Positions 38,395 through 50,000 of a DNA stretch of 64,000 nucleotides are shown one piece after another. Positions within the stretch are counted from its first letter, which is position 1; each line of letters starts with the position of its first letter. Source of the stretch: Azolla caroliniana (Eukaryota; Plantae; Polypodiophyta); NCBI GenBank assembly GCA_043228905.1, contig JBHGNT010000009.1:13888001-13952000 (forward strand). Reading direction: 5' to 3'. Position numbers and translations under genes: made by a program. Below the pieces are notes generated by a model that was given only the letters and a program-made list of their open reading frames with translations, searched no databases and was not told where the DNA came from.

Positions 38395-41300
38395 AGGGGC
38401 TCTTGTGGCCCACTAGGCTTCGCCATAATCGGACTTTCTTCGAACATGTGTTCGAAGAAATCTCCATCTTCTACCTCTTGTTCGGCGGATTCCGAGTCGA
38501 GCTCTTGTGGCCCACTAGGCTTTGCCGTAATCGGACTTTCTTCGAACATGTGTTCGAAGCAATCTCCATCTTCTACCTCTTGTTCGGCGAATTCCGAGTC
38601 GAGCAGAGTCGAAGTCGAAGTTCTCTCTGGTGCGTACCAGGATGCAGACTCGTCAAAGACTACGTCTCGACTTACCCGAACCGCTCGGGTAGAAGGGTTG
38701 TAGCACTTGTATGCTTTCTTCTCGAACGAGTATCCTATGAGGATACATTCCTACGACTTCGCGTCGGGCTTCTGTCGTTGTTCGTTCGGGATGCGTACAT
38801 TTGCAATGCTTCCTAACACCTTGAGGTGCGACAAGATTGACGAGGAGCTCGTATGGAGTTAGCTCATGCACTCCATTAGTGGTGCATCGATTCATGAGAT
38901 AGATGACCGTGGATGCCACGTTGGCCCAATAGAAGTTTGGCATGTGTTTCTCATGCATCATGGTGCGTGCTACCTCAAGTATTTGTTGATTCTTCCTTTC
39001 GGCTACTCCATTTTGTTGGGGTGTGTGTCGACACGAGAATTCTCTTCGAATGCCTTCACTTTGGAGGTAGGAGGTGAATTCGTCGGAGAAGTACTCGTTT
39101 CCTCCAACCAATCGTAGGCATCGAATGTGATGACAAGTTTCTTTTTCGACTTGCCCCTTGAGCTTTTGGAAGTGGGAGAACACTTCACTCTTCTTCTTCA
39201 TCGGGAAGATCCACGCATAGCGCGAGTAGTCATCGATGAAAGTGACGTAGAATCGGCATCCGTCGATCGTCGGCATTTGAGCCAGTCCCCATACTTTCGA
39301 ATGTATGACGTCGAGGAGGCCTTTGCTCACGCAACTCTCCTTTAGGAATGGGAGTCGATGTTGTTTGTGAAGTTGACATGCTTTGCATACTCGGTTGAGT
39401 CATTTTGATTCGAATGTCGGAAGTCCGATGACGACTCCCTTTGTTTGCATCGCTTGGAGCCGTTGGAGGTTGATGTGGCCGATTCTCTTGTGCCACAACT
39501 CGATGCTTGTCTCGGTTTTGAGATCTTTGGCATACATGGACGATTTCACCTCTTTCGAATCGAGGATGAACATGCGATTGTCTCTCCGTTCCTTGGTTAT
39601 CAATTAGCCATCTTTCTCAATAAAACAACCTTCGTTGTTGAAGCGGACTTACATGCCTTGCTCCACGATTTGGCCGACCGAGACCAAATTCTTTGTTATT
39701 GTTGGCACGTGTAAGAAATTCTTGATGCAGGTTTGTTCACCTTCTTTCCCGAATGGGACATTGCCGATGTGCCGAATTGGATGTGTGGTGTCATCTCCCG
39801 TCTCTATGAAGCCGGGTCGATCCGGCATTCATAAATGACGAAACCACTCTTCGTGAGATGTCATGTGATGTGAGGCGCCGGAATCAACGAACCACACGTT
39901 GTTCGAGTTGGAGGCGCTTGCGGAGTTTGAGGTTGACATAGAGTTCACTCTATGCCTCATTACGAATAGTCCCCTATAATCATTGTATTCGGAGTTGACG
40001 ACGTAATTCATGAGTTGTCGACTTGTGGAAGCTGACTCATTTCTTCTTTTTTGGCAGTCCTCCTCGTAGTGGTCGATTTTGCTGCAATAGTTGCAAGTTG
40101 CAGGTCTCGTTTGCTGACCTTGTTTGGCATGGAAGCTCCCCCTTCTTCTGAAGGTTCCTTGATGGCTTCCGTGAAGGTTTGAGTTCTCTTCGTGTGATGG
40201 GCTGAATCGGCCTCTTCTACCGCCGTGACCTCCTCGTTAGCCACTATTTGAACTTGAGAAGAACATTTGTCCTTCTGACATCTTCATCTTGGTTCGAACA
40301 TGGTTCTCTTTGACCAATAACATTTATTGGAGGTCGAAGAACAAAGGAGGGTTTTCCCTCGCCACGATTGCCGTCCTCAACGAGTCGAATTGTTGTGCGA
40401 GGCCGCCCAAGCATACTTGAACCATCTCGTCTTCATTGATGTTTATTTTGATGGAGCCAAGAGAGTCGCAAATGCTCTTTCTCTTGGCGGTGTAGTCCGA
40501 CACAAACATGTCTTTTTGCCAAATGTTGTTCAACTCTTGTCGGAGTTGAAGCTTTCAGGCGGTTGTGTTGGCGACAACATTTTCTTTAAGTTCTCCCACA
40601 CCTCTTTGGGCGTCTTGGTGTCTCGAATGTGGCTAAGCATGTGGTCGTGGACACATGTTGCCAAGCAATACATGACTCGACTCGCCGCTTGCTCCCATGT
40701 TGAGTAGTCGGCATTCTTTGGATCGGGTCGATTTTCTTGAGCGTCGTTGATGTAACTCCAATACCCTTGGCCGACAAGGTATTGGGTCATCTTGTACTCC
40801 CAAGATGAATAATTGCTCCGCTCTAGCTTTTCACTAAGGAGTGAGCTACCCATTTGTGTGATCCTATTGATTACTGTCTTCTCTTCTTTTGCCTTTCTTC
40901 CTTCGATCACGTACACGTGCTACGTAGCGGATAGCCGGAATTAGTCGTCGGCGTTTCGAACACACAATTATGAAGAGGCGGATGGGCTTAGTGGATGTGC
41001 TAAACCACACGCTCTGATACCATGTTAATAATTAGCTGATTAATTATGGGTTAATTAGTACCTAATTATGTGATTAGTTGATAAGCGGAAGATTAAGTGA
41101 TATGTGTGTGAGAGGAAAAGAGAGAGGAAGATACACTTATGAACAACACAAGATGGGGGATGAGTAAATTAGCAACATCATCATCAAATACAAAAATTAA
41201 ATTAGCAACTCTATATTAAATTAGCAACATCATCATCAAATACAAAAATACCTACACTGAGCTATATATAGATCTCATGTGCAAGGGTGCGCATTTTTGA

Positions 41301-41494
41301 GGATAAAATAGGTACAAAACTGTAAGTCCTATATTAAATGTACTTAGGAGTGGAGGATCTAGAATATCTCACTTAAGTACAAGGTCCTATTTAAGGCATT
41401 ATAGTCAACAGTTCTAACTAGATTCTATCTAGGTAACTACGAAGTTACATGGTTGACTAACTAACTAAACTAAGTTGAACTTGATCTCTCAACA
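38395..41494 (-). mobile_element. Ty1/copia subfamily C: LTR, PBS, gag-PR-IN, 3' truncated
   Basis: LTR 41023-41494, PBS TGGTATCAGAGC at 41011-41022, motif WFVDSGASHHMT and integrase 38653-39330. A ~108-bp duplication lies at the truncated end. Confidence 0.9.
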
Positions 41495-43110
41495 CGCCCC
41501 CTCAAGCTCAAGTGTGAGGCGTCCGACATCCGCTTTGGCTTTCGGCGTTGTCCGGCTTTCGATGTCGGCTTCTGTGCAAGTTCCGTCTGGCCTTTGGCTT
41601 TCTTCGCCGTTGCAATCTCGGTTCCTCCCCCTCAAGCCGGTGTCGAAGGCTTGTAGTGTGTGGGCGAAGGTCGACTAATTCCACCCATCGTGGGTTACGA
41701 GCCGGTTCGGTGGAGCTCTTGGGCTCTTGTTCCGTTGCTACCTTCATCGCGAAGGCATAGTGATGGGTCATGTACTTGTTGTAGTCGAGCCGAGTGACGA
41801 GATTCTTCTCTCTAGAAGAGCATTGAAGTTTTTCACTCGTCGATGTGAGCGGCTTCTTTACTCCGGGTGTCCGCATGATGGGTACACCAAACTCATTGTC
41901 TAGTGAGGGAGCCGACACATTCGAATCAATATCGTCGGGGTTATTGACTTCGTATTCAGGCATCTTACCTTTGCCTTTGTCCAAGTTTGTACTTGGCTAC
42001 AACGTGCTTGGGTCGTGTGGGGGCTCTTGTGGCCCACTAGGCTTTGCCGTAATCGGACTTTCTTCGAACATGTGTTCGAAGTGATCTTCATCTTCTACCT
42101 CTTGTTCAACGGATTCCGAGTTGAGTGGAGTCGGAGTCGAAGTTGTCTTTGGTGCGTACCAGGTTGCGGACTCATGGAAGACTATGTCTCGACTTACTCG
42201 AATTGTTCGGGTAGAAGGGTTGTAGCACTTGTATGCCTTCTTCTCGGATGAGTATTTTATGAGGATACATTCCGCCGACTTCGCGTCAGGCTTCTGTCAT
42301 TGTTCGTTTGGGATGCGTACATTCACAATGCTTCCGAACACCTTGAGGTGCGACAAGATCGGCTTCCTTCCAACGAGGAGGTCGTATGGAGTTAGCTCAT
42401 GCACTCCATTAGTGGTGCATCGATTCATGAGATAGAAGATCGTGGATGCCACGTTGGCCCAATAGAAGTTTCGCATGTGTTTATCCTGCATCATGGTGTG
42501 TGCTACCTCAAATATTTGCCGATTTTTCCTTTCGGCGACACCATTTTGTTGGGGTGTGTGTCGGCACGAGAATTCTCTCCAAATGCCTTCAGTTTGGAGG
42601 TAGGAGGTGAATTCATCGGAGAAGTACTCGTTTCATCCATCCAATCGTAGGAATCGAATGAGCCGACCAGTTTCTTTTTCGACTTGCCCCTTGAGCTTTT
42701 GGAAGTGGGAGAACACTTCGCTCTTCTTCTTCATCGGGAAGATCGACGTGGAGCGCGAGTAGTCGTCAATGAAAGTGACGTAGAATCGGCATCCGCCGAT
42801 CATCGGCGTTTGAGCCGGTCCCCATACATCTGAATGTATGACGTCGAGGAAGCCTTTGCTCATGTAGCTCTCCTTCGGGAATGGGAGTTGATGTTGTTTG
42901 CGAAGTTGACATGCTTAGCATACTCAATCGAGTCGTTTTGACTCGAATGTCAGAAGTCCGATGACAACTCCCTTTGTTTGCATCGCTTGGAGCTGTTGGA
43001 GGTTGATGTGGCCAATTCTCTTGTGCCACAACTCGATGCTTGTCTTGGTTTTGAGACCTTTGGCATACATGGCCGATTTCACCTCTTTTGAATCGAGCAT
43101 GAACATGCGA
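41495..43110 (-). mobile_element. copia subfamily C internal fragment lacking RT-RNaseH, ending at a PPT and sharing LTR 41023-41494
   Basis: Integrase homologous to 38600-39580. The sequence jumps from the RT start (EPKS...PRWVE) to the pol tail (LQAFDTGLRGR) near 41680. PPT GAGGGGGCG at 41495-41503. Confidence 0.85.
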
Positions 43111-46100
43111 CCGCTAACATACCGTAATATTCGTTGCGCGCACTGAAGGTGCTCCACGGTAGGCTTCTGCATGAACTGACATGCCGACCGGATAGCTGAT
43201 GTTGGGTTGGGTGATGGTTAAGTAGATCAGGCTTCCCACAACCTGTCGGAACCGTTTCTCATTGCAGGCCGGTCCGGAGTTGGGACGGAGCTTCTGGTTC
43301 CGGTCCAGGGGTGTGGAGACAGGTCAGCAATCCGTCATGCCGAACTTATACAACATATTCAACACGTAATGTCGTTGTGAGAGCAATATTCCGTCGGGGG
43401 TCCGGATCACTTTGATCCCAAGAAAATAATGAAGGTCCCCTAGGTCCTTCATTTCGAATGCGTCCGACAACTGGGACTTGACGCGGTTGATTTCGGGAAG
43501 ACCCGGTCCGGTGATGACTAAATCATCCACATACAAGAGTATACATACCGGACCGTCAGAGCCTTGTTGGATGAACAACGAAGAGTCCGACTTAGAGATA
43601 GCAAACCCCAACTTACGCAACCGGTGTGTGATCTTCGCGTTCCAAGCTCGGGGGGCTTGCTTCAAGCCGTAAAGCGACTTCTTCAGTCGGCATACCGCCG
43701 ACTTGTTCATCTCCGATTGAAATCCGGGGGGCTGAGTCATAAAGACTTCTTCTTCAAGCTCTCCTTGAAGGAAGGCGTTCTTCACATCCATCTGGTGAAG
43801 ATGCCACCCCCTTGCTGCAGCAACCGCCAGTACCACACGAACCGTCGTCATCTTCGCCACAGGAGCGAAGGTCTTGTCGTAGTCGATTTTGTGGGTCTGC
43901 GCGTATCCCTTCGCCACTAACCGGGCTTTGTACCGGTTAACAGAACCATCGGCGTTGTACTTGACCTTGTACACCCACTTACATCCGATCGGTTTACAGT
44001 GACGAGGAGGATCAACTAGGTCCCAAGTTTCGTTGGCATCGAGTGCCCGCATTTCTTCATCCATAGCGGCACGCCAATTTGCGTCCTTTGCCGCTTCTGC
44101 GTAGCTCTCCGGCTTACGCACTTCTGTCACCTTAGTCATGTACGCATAATGATGCGCCATGTATTCATTGTACCCGTGCCGCATGACGGGATCCTTCTAG
44201 CTGGTTGATCGGCGCAACGCACCGTCACATGATTTGAGGCCCTTCTTGGCCAGTTCGGTCTTCGTTGCCGAAGATCCGCCTTTCTCCTTTCCGGAGTCGG
44301 ATACGCACCGATCCGACTCATCGTTGCCGGTTTCGAATTCCGGCATCTTCCTCTTCCCCTTCTCTTTGCGCGTGAACCGTTTCCTCGGTTCCTTGCGCGG
44401 GGAGAGAACGGCAGAGTCTCCACCACTTGCCGTCTCTTCATCCGACTGGTCCAACCGACTCAGTCGCTCGTTCGGTCCACTCAACCATAACGATTCCGGA
44501 CTCTCATCTTGAGTCGCGGCTTCATCATCCTTTGCCAGGGCTGATTCAGGCTCACTGGCTTCATCTTCCGGCATTGGGTCGGGATCGGAAGTCGGAGTCG
44601 GTACGGAGTACCAGAATGCCGATTCATCGAACTCGATATCCCGGCTAACTCAGACTTCCTTCGTCCGGGGGTTATAGGACTTATACCCCTTCTGCTGCAG
44701 ATAACTAGTGAATTGGCCGGAAAAATATTCCTTTCCGCCATCCAACCGAAGGCATTTGATCTTCCTCTCCGATTCCCGTTCCACCATCTTCTGGAGGCTC
44801 CGGAAACAGTCGAAGACTTCGCTCTTCCGCTCAATGAGGTAGATCCAAGTATATCGAGTATAGTCGTCGATGAAGGAGACGAAGTATCGGCTCCCACCAA
44901 GGCTTACACTTTGTGCCGGTCCCCACACATCCGAATGGATGAGATCGAGCTTGTTACGGCTCCGGTTCCGTTCGGTGGGGAATGGAAGCCGGTGTTGCTT
45001 CCCAAGTTGGCAGGCTTCACAAATTTCGGCTCTCCGGCCGCTGAACTTCGGCAAACCGAAAACGACTTGTTTCGTTTGCAGGTCTTGAAGCCTCCGGTAG
45101 TTAACGTGGCCTATCCGCTTGTGCCACAGGTCGATGTCCGACTCGACCTTCTGTTGTTTCGCGAACAGAGTGGTGCCAAAGTCATTGGTGTTGTGGATAA
45201 ACATCCTCCCGTCTCTACGCCCTTGCACAATGACTTCGCCCTCATCCTCAATGAAGCACCCGAGGTGCGTAAACCGCACCTGCATCCCCTGGTCGACAAT
45301 CTGACCGACGGACACTAGGTTCTTCGTGATTGTCGGAATGTGTAATACGTTCATCAGCTTCCCTTTCTGTCCGACGTGGCTTAGAGGGACTTCTCCGACG
45401 TGCACGATTGGGTGAGGAGTGTCGTCTCCGGTTTCGACTACTCCTGGTTGATCCGGTTTCTCTAGAAAGGAGAACCACTCTTTGTGGCTCGTCATGTGGT
45501 TCGACGCGCCGGAATCAACATACCACACTTCCTCCGTTTTGGAAGTGGTCTTCTTCATTGAGTTTGCCTTGTGATTCATCACCAAGGCTGGCCCCTTACC
45601 GGCCTTTCCGGTTCCGGATCCTCCTGATCCGTTTGCGTAGTGCGAGTTTTGCCGGCCATCCTTACCGGTCTTGCCAGATCCGGATTTGTCCGAATCGGCA
45701 CGCTTTCTCCAGCACTCGCTTTCCCTGTGGCCTTCTTTGCCACAGTACCAGCATTCCGTAGCGGATTTGTCTTGCCTGCCTCCGGCACCGCCTTGACTCC
45801 CCCTGCTTGTGGAAGTCCCGGAATTGCTATTGGCACGCTCATAGTGCCTCCGTTCCTGCTCTTGCCAGCCGCCTCCATTGCGTGCCGACCCACCTCTTCC
45901 ACCACGCCCACGGAGCCGATTCGTTCCCGTGTACAACATTCGGCTGTCCGGGGATGCACTAGTAGATGCACCGGCGTGGTTCTCCTCTACAAGGAGCATC
46001 GATTGTAAGTCGAAGAATGAGGGGGTATTCTCCCTTGTACACACCGCAGTTCGGAACGCTCCGAACTTGGACGCCAGGCCTCCGAGACATACCTGCACCA

Positions 46101-46676
46101 TCTCGTCTTCCTCTACGATAACATTGATAGAGGCGAGCGAGTTGTAGATCTCCTTTATCCGGCCCGTGTAGTCTGCCACAGACATGTTCTTCTGTCGAAC
46201 ATTGCTCAACTCCTGTCTGAGTTGCAGCTTCCGGGCAGTGGTGCTTGCGGCGAAAACCTTTTTCAGGTTCCCCCAAGCATCCTTCGGTGTCTTGGTGTCA
46301 CGAATGTGGCTGAGCAACTGATCGCCGACACTAGACGCGAAGCAGTACATCACCCTGCTTGCCGCCTGTTCCCATACCGGGAAGTCCTTGTGTGCCGAGT
46401 CGGGCGCCGCATCATTCGCTCCTTCGACATAACTCTAGTACCCGTGTCCAAGTAGGTATTGGTGCATCTTGTAAGACCAGGATGCGTAGTTGCTCCTGTC
46501 GAGCTTCTCCACCGGGAGCAACGTAGCCATGCCTCTATCCATGTCTTCTACTGTGTCTGTTTTCGACCTGTTAGGGTTTTCTTCTCAAGAGTAAATGTCT
46601 GCAGCAGAGGTTCTCAACCCTCGCGCTCTGATACCATGTAAACGTAAGTGTTTGCGGAAGCATAAAACAGAGAACA

Positions 46677-46721
<45 letters not shown>

Positions 46722-47044
46722 ACAATTTCAAAATTATATCAAGACACAGTGTGCACTCTGTGCTAAGTAGCACTATTTATACAAGTCCTCTTGGGACTGA
46801 CAGAAGTACCATGTACTTCAATGCTCACACGAGCATCTGACACTTACTACGAGACTATAGCTACCTAGTAGTCTATCCTATACTAGGCTTCCGATTGGAC
46901 TTCCGGTTACGGATTGTACCCGGCCTCCACTGCTTGCCGGTTCGGTTGCTCACCGTCATACCTATCCGTTTCGCCCGAACCGTCTCGCTTACCGGCTCCG
47001 GCTTATTTAGCCGATCCGGCTCCAGTTGAGCTTGCCGCTCAACA
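43111..47044 (-). mobile_element. copia subfamily A copy (5' LTR, gag-PR-partial IN-RT), 3' truncated and fused to subfamily C
   Basis: LTR 46637-47044 and PBS 46625-46636. Highly similar to 2681-8544. Inserted in the chromodomain of the gypsy at 47045. Confidence 0.93.
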
Positions 47045-50000
47045 AAAAGGTATTGCAAGTGTTGACGGTGCCAACGCGAGTCAAGGATTTGGTTGACCTC
47101 GTATTCCTCCCCTATCGGAAATTGTACAGGTGGTGGTGGAGGGGCTTGACGTCCTAGGAGTTGTGAAGCATAATGGGGTTCGAGGATGGAGACATGAAAA
47201 ACATCATGAATCCGGAAGTGGGATGGAAGGGTGAGCCGGAAGGTGACAAGATTGATGCACTCGATGATATGGAATGGTCCCAACTTCTTGTAATCAAGTT
47301 TCGCACATGGACGAATAGTAGAGATGTGTCGACGTAACAACCAGACCATGTCTCCAATGACAAAGTGTGGAGTGGCAGATCGATGGCGATCAGCCTGCTT
47401 CTTATATTGTTCACTAGCAAGACTAAGCTCCAAGGATAAATCATGATGTAGTTCTTCCAAAATGCGAGCACGAGCCTCCGCCGAAGGGTTCACGGAAGTG
47501 GTAGGAAGGGAAATGTTGAAGCGAGGATGTAAACCATAGTTCGGAAAGAAGGGAGTGACGCTAGTCGATGCATGGAGAGAATTATTGTAGGCGAATTCCG
47601 CGAGCGAAAGTAAGTTGACCCAATCATCTTGTTGGTAACTAACAGAGCACTGAAGATATTGCTAAGGATTTGGTTGACACACTCCGTTTGCCCGTCAGTT
47701 TGGGGGTGATAAGCAGATGACAACTTGAAAGAGATGCCTAAAGTTTGTAGCAGGCGCTGCCAAAGGTGAGAGACAAACTGGGGTCCGCGATCAGAGATGA
47801 CATCATCGGGGGGAGTCCATGCAAGCGTACCACATTGTTGAGTAGTAGATGTACCATTCCTTCTCCGGAAATGGTTTTGGAGCATGGAGTGAAGTGAGCC
47901 ATCTTCGTAAACCGATTGACAATGACCAACACCGAGTCATAGCTATTGACCAAGGGTAGATCAGTTATTAGGTCCATAGAGATAGAGGCCCAAGGACGAC
48001 AAGGACATGGAAGTGGCTATAGTAAGCCGTATGGCCGATGATGAATGGCTTTGGAGCGAGCACAAACCTCACAACTCTTTATGTATTCTTTGACCAACTT
48101 CCATGGTTGTGGCCACCAATACCCCCGAGAGATTAGCTCGAGGGTTTTCGCGACCCCGAAATGACCTGCAAGTGGGTCATCGTTGCATTCCCACAACACT
48201 CGGGTGCGACGTGGGCCCTCTGGGACGTATAAGAGATGATCTCGGAACAACAAACCCTCTCGTATGGTGAATGTGTCAAGATCCTTCCTTTTGGTCGCCT
48301 TGGAGGGGTTTTGCAGACTATCTCGAATCTCATTGGCGAACGCATCGGTCTTGGTGTTGGGATTTCGGTCCCTCCGGATGGGATGTCCGGAGATGAATGA
48401 CGGCAAGCCCGGTTGCGGTTACGGAACCGGATGATGAAGAGTACCCGGCATGAAGCCGGATGAAGAGTACCCGGCTACGGATCCGGATGATGAAGACCCC
48501 GGCTACGGAGCCGGATGACGAATGTACCCGGAGAGAGATCCGGATGCGGGGACATATTTGTGAATATGTTTGCCAAGGGCCCTTGAGGCTATATTTGTAA
48601 ATAGCCCGAAAGTCATATGTGTATAAATATGACTTAGGGCAAACAGTTTTGATGTTGTTGCTCATTTTATGTTTTTCAGCCGAGAGAGCGAAGTGAGAGC
48701 AGCCGAGAGAGAGATAGAGAGAGAAAGGAAGAGGTCGACGCCTCTGTGTATTACCGCCGCCTGTGGCGAAGATAGTGAGCTCAAGGTTGTTGCCTTTGTA
48801 GCTTCACCATTGTACATCTCTGTGTATAGTGATAGTTGGAGTTTGAGGACTCCCGTGGTTTTTTTCCCATTTAGGGTTTTCCACGTAAAACATCATGTGT
48901 ACTCTTCTCTCTATTGTCTTCGTGCATTTTGTATTTCCTGTTTTCTGTGAGTTGATCCTATTCCTCGGTTGTGGCCGAGCACTGTGTTCAACAAAGTGGT
49001 ACCGAAGTGAAGGGGGAGTTTGTTGGGATTTCGGTCCCTCCGAATGGGATGTCCGGAGATGAATGACGGCAAGCCCGGTTGCGGTTACGGAACCGGATGA
49101 TGAAGAGTACCCGGCATGAAGCCGGATGAAGAGTACCCGGCATGAAGCCGGATGAAGAGTACCCGGCTACGGATCCGGATGATGAAGACCCCGGCTACGG
49201 AGCCGGATGACGAATGTACCCGGAGAGAGATCCGGATGCGGGGACATATTTGTGAATATGTTTGCCAAGGGCCCTTGAGGCTATATTTGTAAATAGCCCG
49301 AAAGTCATATGTGTATAAATATGACTTAGGGCAAACAGTTTTGATGTTGTTGCTCATTTTATGTTTTTCAGCCGAGAGAGCGAAGTGAGAGCAGCCGAGA
49401 GAGAGATAGAGAGAGAAAGGAAGAGGTCGACGCCTCTGTGTATTACCGCCGCCTGTGGCGAAGATAGTGAGCTCAAGGTTGTTGCCTTTGTAGCTTCACC
49501 ATTGTACATCTCTGTGTATAGTGATAGTTGGAGTTTGAGGACTCCCGTGGTTTTTTTCCCATTTAGGGTTTTCCACGTAAAACATCATGTGTACTCTTCT
49601 CTCTATTGTCTTCGTGCATTTTGTATTTCCTGTTTTCTGTGAGTTGATCCTATTCCTCGGTTGTGGCCGAGCACTGTGTTCAACACTTGGATGCATCAGT
49701 GATCTGTTGGAGTAATGAATCATCCTGCAACATACAAGTGGCAAAAAGATCCAATTGGTCGGGTTTCAACAAACGTCTAGATCGTTGAGCATAAGCAGCA
49801 TCCCCAGGGCGGAGTGCAAGGTCAGCTTGGCGAGAAAGGGCATCGGCCTTCCCATGTTGGTCACCAGGTCGAAATATGATCTCAAAATCGTAGTCGACGA
49901 GAAATGTTGACCAACGGGCCTGCCTTCGATTCAAAGTACGAGTGGTGGAAAAATAAACTAAATTTTTATGATCAGTCACTACCTAGACACGATGTTGTGC

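Noticed and set aside
48330-49642. Duplicated 90-111-aa ORFs suggesting a duplicated gene pair
   Set aside because: They lie wholly within two near-identical LTRs and have no coding signature.
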